Program-made: the position numbers and the translations under genes
DNA from: Candidatus Woesearchaeota archaeon
GTDB lineage: Archaea > Nanobdellota > Nanobdellia > Woesearchaeales > JABGXB01
Assembly (NCBI GenBank): GCA_018675975.1
Contig: JABGXB010000002.1
Span: 442,098-506,097 of the forward strand
Direction: 5' to 3'
Length of the DNA: 64,000 bases
The notes under the pieces: generated by a model
Told to the model about the DNA's origin: nothing
The model's database searches: none
The model's input: the letters and a program-made list of their open reading frames with translations, nothing else
Shown here: piece by piece, positions 57,545 through 64,000 of the stretch
Numbering within the stretch: position 1 is the first letter of the stretch
Layout of the letters: each line of letters starts with the position of its first letter

Positions 57545-59911
57545 ATGATGAATTTAAGAAAAATATGTTTTTTTTTAATATTAATTTTTGCTTGTAATTT
57601 TGTTTATGCAGATGAATCGGTTAATTTGCTTGCTGTTACTGAAATTGGTTTAAATAATCAATCTATTGGAACTTTGGCAAAAATGAAATTAAATGTTAAT
57701 AATGGGACTGGAAATATTTTTTTTAATACTTATCCTTTTTCGAGAGTAGATACGCAAATATCATCAAGAATTGCAAATAGTGTTGCTTGTAAATATATTT
57801 CTGATTGCAATCATTTTGATTATTACTATACTATTGACATTGATAGTTCATCAATTGGAGGGCCTAGTGCTGGTGCTGCAATTACTATTCTTACTATGTC
57901 AAAACTATTGAATCATGATATACATGATGATTTTGCAATAACTGGTACTATTAATAGTGGTGGTATTATTGGGCCTGTTGGTGGTATTGAAGAAAAAGTT
58001 AAGGCTGCAATAAATTCTGGTATGAAAAAAATTGTAATACCGTTTGGTGAAAATAAAATTAAAAAATTTAATGAAACAATGCCAAAATTATATTTTGATA
58101 ATGTAAAAGTTTTTTTTAAATCATATGAAAATTTTTTATTTTTTAAATCTAAATTAGAGAATGATTCTTTATTTGTATTAAACAATTCAAAACTTGATAA
58201 TTTTAAAAAATCATTTAATTATACTGATGTTACAATTGTATATTTAAATCATGTTGAGCCTATTTTTAAAATTGATTTTAAAACTGAAGTTAAGGAAACA
58301 GATCAATTTATTTCTTTTTTTAAAAAAAATTATAAGGCTCTTATAGAAGATTCAATTATTGAATATAAAGATGTTAAATTTGATTTTTATGTATATAATG
58401 ATAGTGTGAGTTTTAATAATATTTCAAATTTAAATGACTTAAGAAATGATTTTGATTATACTTTTGATTTAATTAAATTTGCTAATGAAAGTGGGGCTGA
58501 TTTAAGGACTTATGTTAATATTCTTGATGCATATGAATTTGCAACTGATTTAAATATTTTAAATGATACTTTATTTAATTTATCAATTTCAAACAAATAT
58601 AGTGATATTTTAAATATTCTTGCTGATGATTTATGTGGTGAATTTAATAATAATTTTAATGATTTTAATTTTGACAATTTAGACTATGAAAAATATAGTA
58701 AAATTGACTTCATATTTAAAGATAGAATGGATTTATTAAAAAATAATTCTTTAAAATTAAATGAGCTATTAAATTTAAAAAAGTATTATACTGCTGCGAG
58801 TATTTGTTTTTCAAATAGTATTGCTTTGGAATATATTAAATCAATTATTAATTATTCTAATGGTTTAAATGAATATTCTTATTATTTTAATGAATCTGAT
58901 ATACTTTTGAAAAATTATACAAATTATAAAATTGAAATAGATAATTTGAAAATTAATAGTTTAATTGATATTCAAACAATTGGTATAATAAAAAATAGAT
59001 TAATTGAAGTAAAGACTTATTTAGATTTTTTAACTCAAGATTCTTTTAATAAAACACCTGATGTTTATTTGTATAATTTGGCATTTGCTAAATATAGATT
59101 TAAAACTTCAAAGGCTTGGAAAGTTTTTTATAATACTGATAAAAATTTAAATTTAGATGATTCTGTTTTACAAACAAGTTGTAATTCAATTTTAGTTGAA
59201 GTTCAAGAACGATTTTCATATATTTCAACAATTTCTAATTTCCCTTTAAATGATTTAAAAAAAGAAGTTGACAATTTAAATAAATATTATTTTAGTGGTG
59301 ATTATGTTCAATGTATTTATGAGTCGGCAGTTTTGAAGGCAAGATTAGATAATGTTTTAACTTCTGGTGGTTTTAGTACTGATGATTTAATTGGTTTTTA
59401 TGAAATTAAAAAATCAATTGTTAAAAATAATTTAAATGCTCAATTAAATAGAGGTTATTTTCCTATTTTAGGATATAGTTATTTAGAATATGCAGATTAT
59501 TTAAAAAATGATTCAATAGGTCAAGCATTACATTTTTTATCTCTTTCACTTGAATTAAATAATATTGATATTTATTTGCCTTCTGATTTGAAAAGTAATG
59601 GTTTTTTAAAACCTGCAATTAATGGGACTTTTATTATGGACAATGGTGATTTAAATAATTCATTATATTTTAGTATTTTTTTGATTTTAACCTTATTAAC
59701 TTTTTCATTTTTTAGAAGAAATACTATTAATTTAAAATTAAATAATGAACAAAAAAAACAATTAGAAGAAAAAAATAATATTTTAGTTGTAAAGCCAGAG
59801 CATGATAATTTATTATTTAATGAAAAATTAAATAAAAAAATAAATACATTTTCAAATGATTTATTTGATGATAGTTTTAGAAAAAAATTATTTAAAAAGT
59901 TAAAAAAATAA
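57545..59911 (+). CDS. Secreted/membrane-anchored Lon-like S16 serine protease (archaeal COG1750 type)
   Basis: Signal peptide; IGGPSAGAAI, ITGTINSGG.IGPVGGIEEK Ser-Lys dyad; C-terminal TM helix. Confidence 0.85.
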   Translation: MMNLRKICFFLILIFACNFVYADESVNLLAVTEIGLNNQSIGTLAKMKLNVNNGTGNIFFNTYPFSRVDTQISSRIANSVACKYISDCNHFDYYYTIDIDSSSIGGPSAGAAITILTMSKLLNHDIHDDFAITGTINSGGIIGPVGGIEEKVKAAINSGMKKIVIPFGENKIKKFNETMPKLYFDNVKVFFKSYENFLFFKSKLENDSLFVLNNSKLDNFKKSFNYTDVTIVYLNHVEPIFKIDFKTEVKETDQFISFFKKNYKALIEDSIIEYKDVKFDFYVYNDSVSFNNISNLNDLRNDFDYTFDLIKFANESGADLRTYVNILDAYEFATDLNILNDTLFNLSISNKYSDILNILADDLCGEFNNNFNDFNFDNLDYEKYSKIDFIFKDRMDLLKNNSLKLNELLNLKKYYTAASICFSNSIALEYIKSIINYSNGLNEYSYYFNESDILLKNYTNYKIEIDNLKINSLIDIQTIGIIKNRLIEVKTYLDFLTQDSFNKTPDVYLYNLAFAKYRFKTSKAWKVFYNTDKNLNLDDSVLQTSCNSILVEVQERFSYISTISNFPLNDLKKEVDNLNKYYFSGDYVQCIYESAVLKARLDNVLTSGGFSTDDLIGFYEIKKSIVKNNLNAQLNRGYFPILGYSYLEYADYLKNDSIGQALHFLSLSLELNNIDIYLPSDLKSNGFLKPAINGTFIMDNGDLNNSLYFSIFLILTLLTFSFFRRNTINLKLNNEQKKQLEEKNNILVVKPEHDNLLFNEKLNKKINTFSNDLFDDSFRKKLFKKLKK

Positions 59912-60556
59912 TTATTCAATTATTTTAGTAAATTCATGTTTTTCTAAAATTATGGTTTTTCTATCATCATCCCATGCCATATTTTCTAAATTGTCATGAT
60001 CTTTATTTTTTGCTTGTTTAATTGGTTTTATATTTTCAGTATAAAATTTATGGCTATTAGGTATATTGAAAAATGCACTTACTAAAAATGAAGATATTAG
60101 TAAAAGTCCATCAACTCCCAAATTATAGAGTATTTCAGTTCCTGATGATATGTTTTGATTTTGTAAATACTCCATTATACCAAACCCAATTACTGTTCTC
60201 AGACCATAACCTTCAAGTTTTATTTTTTCTTGATTTTGTAAATTCACAATTTCAGACATTTTATCTTGTTGATTTTGATTTAATAGTTGTTCATCTTCTA
60301 ATTCAGCGAATGATGTATCGATTGCGCTTGTTAATGTTATTTTATTTCCATAATTTGTACCCAAACCAGTTGATACTGCTGCATATACATCCGTTAATCC
60401 AGTTAGATAAAGTAAATAGAATGGTACTGTGTACACTGCTATATTTTTCAAATCATCCACTGTTTCTTTTGGATTGAATAGTGAACAAAGGGTTTGAAAT
60501 TTAGTTGGTTCTGTTATTTGTTGTTTAAATGCACATATTTTTTTATAACTTAACAT
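59912..60556 (-). CDS. Hypothetical membrane protein
   Basis: 214-aa ORF with hydrophobic segments. Confidence 0.55.
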   Translation of the reverse strand: MLSYKKICAFKQQITEPTKFQTLCSLFNPKETVDDLKNIAVYTVPFYLLYLTGLTDVYAAVSTGLGTNYGNKITLTSAIDTSFAELEDEQLLNQNQQDKMSEIVNLQNQEKIKLEGYGLRTVIGFGIMEYLQNQNISSGTEILYNLGVDGLLLISSFLVSAFFNIPNSHKFYTENIKPIKQAKNKDHDNLENMAWDDDRKTIILEKHEFTKIIE

Positions 60557-60606
60557 GACTTTTATTTTTTATTTGAATTTATAAAAATTATTGTGTTTTT
60601 ATACAT

Positions 60607-62034
60607 TTATTGAAAATTAATTTTTTCACATATCTTTTTTAGAATTTGATTATTAAAAATTATGTGACATGGTTCTATATTTTCTGTTTCATTATATCTT
60701 CGTTTTATATCAATTTGAATTCTTTCTAAATATGTCATATCATGTTTATGATTTTTATTTAATTTACAGTTTTTTTTTTTTCCTATTGCACTATATCCAT
60801 TTTTTGAATAGAATTTATATTTGTGACTTATGTTTTGTGCAAGTATCATAATATATCCTTCTTTAATGTGCATATCTATGTGATCTAAGTTTATTGTTGG
60901 TGCTACATTTATGTCAGATAAATAATTTACTTCAACCCATGTATTTGTTTTTAATGCACAATGTGTTATATTTTCAGATTTTGCAATATTAATTATTTTT
61001 AAAGATGTTGGATTTGAATTTCCTGAATTATTATCTATTTTTATTGTTGTGCTAATACTTATGATTAAAATTATTATTATTGATATTATTGCAATGTATT
61101 TATTTACATTAATATTTGATTTATTTTTAATTAATTCATTTATTCCATATGTACTATAATAAACAACTGGTAATATTAAATTAAATAAATATCTTTCAAC
61201 TTTTACTGGTACACTAAAATAGATATATAATTGTATTATGGTATATATTATTAAAATCCAATCAATTTTTTGTAATGGTTTTATTTTTATTTGTTTAATT
61301 CTTTTGTATATTCCATAAATTAAAAATGGAAATATTATATTAAATAAGATTAAAAAATTACTCCAACCCCATACAAATGGTAAATAATCTCTAAATTTTA
61401 CGTTTAATGCATAACCATTTGCAATACTGGTAAAAAAATTCCCATAATTTATATAATTAAAAATAAACCATGGTGCAATTATTATTGCAAATGTTATTAT
61501 ATTTTTTATTATGTTTTTCTTTCTATCAAAAAAAATAAAAATTGCATTATAGAGATTGGTATATTTACATAAAAAAGCTAATCCAAACATATATCCACTA
61601 TTTTTATTATTTAAGATTAATGTTATTGAAAATAATAATAGGGTTAATGATAATAATTCAGTTCCTTCTATTAATCCCATTAAAAGTGTAAATGGGTTTA
61701 ACATAAATGCATAAAATAATATTTCATTTAATTTTACTGTTTTTGAAAATTTATAACATGCAATTGCAAAAAGAGATGATATTAAAAATATATATATATA
61801 TTCAGCAAATTTACTTGCACCAAATATCATTAATGTAAATGGCATTAATGGTGCCCGATATGTTTCAAAATATTGTTCTAATCCTAACCAATATTTGGCA
61901 TTAATTACATAGGCCGCAAAATCCCAACCCATATATATGTAGTGATATAAAATAAAAAATATTGTAGAAATTATATATAATATTAAAAATTCTTTATTTT
62001 TGAGTATGTATTCTTTAATCTTATTATAACTCAT
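60607..62034 (-). CDS. GT-C (ArnT/PMT-like) membrane glycosyltransferase
   Basis: GWDFAAY, ETYRAPL, LCKYT, KVERYL; multiple TM helices. Confidence 0.78.
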   Translation of the reverse strand: MSYNKIKEYILKNKEFLILYIISTIFFILYHYIYMGWDFAAYVINAKYWLGLEQYFETYRAPLMPFTLMIFGASKFAEYIYIFLISSLFAIACYKFSKTVKLNEILFYAFMLNPFTLLMGLIEGTELLSLTLLLFSITLILNNKNSGYMFGLAFLCKYTNLYNAIFIFFDRKKNIIKNIITFAIIIAPWFIFNYINYGNFFTSIANGYALNVKFRDYLPFVWGWSNFLILFNIIFPFLIYGIYKRIKQIKIKPLQKIDWILIIYTIIQLYIYFSVPVKVERYLFNLILPVVYYSTYGINELIKNKSNINVNKYIAIISIIIILIISISTTIKIDNNSGNSNPTSLKIINIAKSENITHCALKTNTWVEVNYLSDINVAPTINLDHIDMHIKEGYIMILAQNISHKYKFYSKNGYSAIGKKKNCKLNKNHKHDMTYLERIQIDIKRRYNETENIEPCHIIFNNQILKKICEKINFQ

Positions 62035-62960
62035 TTTTTATTTTTGTCTTCAACACTATCTAACATTATTTTTGCGATATTTCTTATGTGGTCGACCATT
62101 TGTACCATGTGAATTGTACTTTCGGGTGTGTTTTTATTATTTATGATCATTTCATTGATTTCGTCTCTTTCACCCATTATAGTATTTGCCAATTCTTTAT
62201 TATTTGTAAAATATGCTTTCATTGTTTTTAAATAATATTCTTCAATTTTTAGGAAAGTATCTTGTAATTGTTTTGTTTTTTTCTTTTTAGAATCAATTTC
62301 TTTTGCTATTTTTTTTACAAAATCTGCAACATTTTCTAAATTTTTAGCCATCCACCATACTGATATGGTTTCTACTGAACTTAATTTATGTGGATTATTT
62401 GGATTTTCAAGTATTGATCTTATTAATCTTGATACTAAAAAATATAATTTGTCTACTTCATAATCTCTAAATTCTAGTGATTTTAATGTTGTTAAATCAT
62501 CATTTTTAAGATCAATTATCATACTTCTTGCAATCATATCCATTCTTCTTAATGTATTTGCAATTGAAAATTCATTTAAATTTAAATAATCTCTAGCAAC
62601 TAAACAACTATTTGTTTGTTCAGTTACTTCTAATGCTAAAAAATTTTGTAATATTTTTCTTATATCATCTAATTTTTCATTTAATTCTGTACCGTGAAAT
62701 CTAAATACATTATAATTATTAATATATGCTGAAATAGTAGCTCTTCTTAGATAGTTTATGTTTTTTTTATCTACATTAAAAGATATTTCTTTTACTTCTT
62801 CTCTGTCAACATTTTCTGTTGTAGATAATTCTAAACAATTTTTATTTGGTTTTAAAAATATTAAATCTCCTTTTTTTAAATTATTTGCTTTAATCCATTT
62901 TTTTGGTATTGAAACTGTGTATGTATCTGCACCAGTTTTAACCAATTTTCTTGTTTCCAT
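62031..62960 (-). CDS. AbrB-domain / PhoU-family regulator
   Basis: METRKLVKTGADTYTVSIPKKW..LKKGD; DYEVDKLYFL; LENVAD. Confidence 0.9.
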   Translation of the reverse strand: METRKLVKTGADTYTVSIPKKWIKANNLKKGDLIFLKPNKNCLELSTTENVDREEVKEISFNVDKKNINYLRRATISAYINNYNVFRFHGTELNEKLDDIRKILQNFLALEVTEQTNSCLVARDYLNLNEFSIANTLRRMDMIARSMIIDLKNDDLTTLKSLEFRDYEVDKLYFLVSRLIRSILENPNNPHKLSSVETISVWWMAKNLENVADFVKKIAKEIDSKKKKTKQLQDTFLKIEEYYLKTMKAYFTNNKELANTIMGERDEINEMIINNKNTPESTIHMVQMVDHIRNIAKIMLDSVEDKNKK

Positions 62961-62977
62961 TAAGACCCCTTTTCAAA

Positions 62978-63009
62978 TAACGTATTCTATATAAAATACG
63001 TTACGTATT
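62978..63009. promoter_or_regulatory. Palindromic operator-like site
   Basis: TAACGTATT-8 nt-AATACGTTA perfect 9-bp inverted repeat plus a third ACGTATT half-site. Confidence 0.65.
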
Positions 63010-63041
63010 GATATATAAAGTTTTTTATTCTAATTAATTAT

Positions 63042-63446
63042 ATGAATTTATTAGATTGGGCTGAAGATTATTTTAGACATAGAGATTTAATTCTATGTCA
63101 AATAGAAACTATTGTAAAAAATAAAGATAATTTAATAATTAGACATAATGATGGAATAGTAAAAAAAATTTATATAACTGATTATATTAATAATTTTGAT
63201 TTTAGTTTAGATGGTGATGTAAATAATATTTTTGTTTTAAATAATAAAAAGAATTTAAATTTTTTAATAAATCACTGGGATGAATTATCTAAACATAAAA
63301 ATTTATCTTTTTATTTTATTAATCCGGATAGTTCTATTGATAAACTTTGGATTATTTCACCTTATATTCATTCTAAAATTTGTGAGCCTGATAATATTGA
63401 AAGAAGTTTAAATTCATTATTTTCATCTGTTTGTGAAATTAAATAG
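63042..63446 (+). CDS. Hypothetical protein
   Basis: 134 aa; LINHWDEL...FINP...WIISPYIHSKI. Confidence 0.7.
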   Translation: MNLLDWAEDYFRHRDLILCQIETIVKNKDNLIIRHNDGIVKKIYITDYINNFDFSLDGDVNNIFVLNNKKNLNFLINHWDELSKHKNLSFYFINPDSSIDKLWIISPYIHSKICEPDNIERSLNSLFSSVCEIK

Positions 63447-63999
63447 TTTTTTTATTTGATTCTATTAAACATAATAATTTAAAAATTAATTTTGCTGCTG
63501 AAAAATCAGAATAATGTTCTTGTTTATTACTTGAAAATTCCATAAAGTCAAGCCCAATTATATTTTTTTCTTTCAATATTTGTTTAAATAAGTTTATGGT
63601 GTATTGCCATTCAAGTCCATTTGGTTCTGGTGTTCCTGTATTTGGAAATATATGCGGGTCAAATCCATCTACGTCAATTGTTATGAATACATTTTTTTTT
63701 ATATTTGGTATTAATTTTTCAATTAATTTGGATATTGGCATTTGTTTTATTTCATGTGAAAAAATTGTACATATTTGATTATTATTTTTTACAAATTGAT
63801 GTATTTCTTTTGTAATTGATCTAATTCCTAATTGAATTATATTAATATTTTCAATTTCATTTATTCTTTTCATTACGCTTGCATGTGAATATTTATTATT
63901 ATTATAACTTTCATCAAGGTCCGTGTGGGCATCTATTTGTATGATTGTGAATTCATTATATTTTTCTTTTAATGCCCTTACTAATCCTAATGTTAGGCT
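63439..63999 (-). CDS. speB: Agmatinase/ureohydrolase, 5'-truncated by the window edge
   Basis: IQIDAHTDL, YSHAS, ITIDVDGFDP, GTPEPNG. Confidence 0.9.
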   Translation of the reverse strand, partial: SLTLGLVRALKEKYNEFTIIQIDAHTDLDESYNNNKYSHASVMKRINEIENINIIQLGIRSITKEIHQFVKNNNQICTIFSHEIKQMPISKLIEKLIPNIKKNVFITIDVDGFDPHIFPNTGTPEPNGLEWQYTINLFKQILKEKNIIGLDFMEFSSNKQEHYSDFSAAKLIFKLLCLIESNKKTI

Positions 64000-64000
64000 G

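Noticed and set aside
1..64000. CRISPR array, transposase, integrase or provirus
   Set aside because: No regularly spaced repeats or mobile-element motifs seen by eye

Overview
Very AT-rich, densely packed archaeal chromosomal DNA, most consistent with a DPANN lineage such as Woesearchaeota. This is inferred from archaeal RadA/RadB/RPA/RFC/exosome/proteasome genes, GGTGA-type ribosome-binding sites, TTTATAAA TATA boxes and many small secreted proteins. Housekeeping content includes rfcS, dut, a PRC-barrel gene, rpa, radA, uS2, radB, argS, cyclophilin, ppsA, the pop5-psmA-sdo1-rrp4-rrp41-rrp42 operon, ABCE1, trmI, tRNA-Leu(CAA), scpB, gyrA, topA, a Lon-like protease, an AbrB/PhoU regulator and a partial agmatinase. 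The standout is an 8-kb run of 12 co-oriented type IV pilin-like genes (14180-22230), two of them micro-ORFs missed by the ORF track. It is preceded by two GT-C-like membrane genes and ends in an 860-aa pilin-like protein carrying an apparently intact lytic transglycosylase (SLT) domain. That suggests a pilus-borne peptidoglycan-cleaving system in an archaeon. Other oddities are an inactivated PolB, a gene split by a single in-frame TAA, a three-paralog coiled-coil operon with a likely ATC start, and a palindromic operator upstream of the AbrB/PhoU gene. All calls come from motif reading only; no searches were run.
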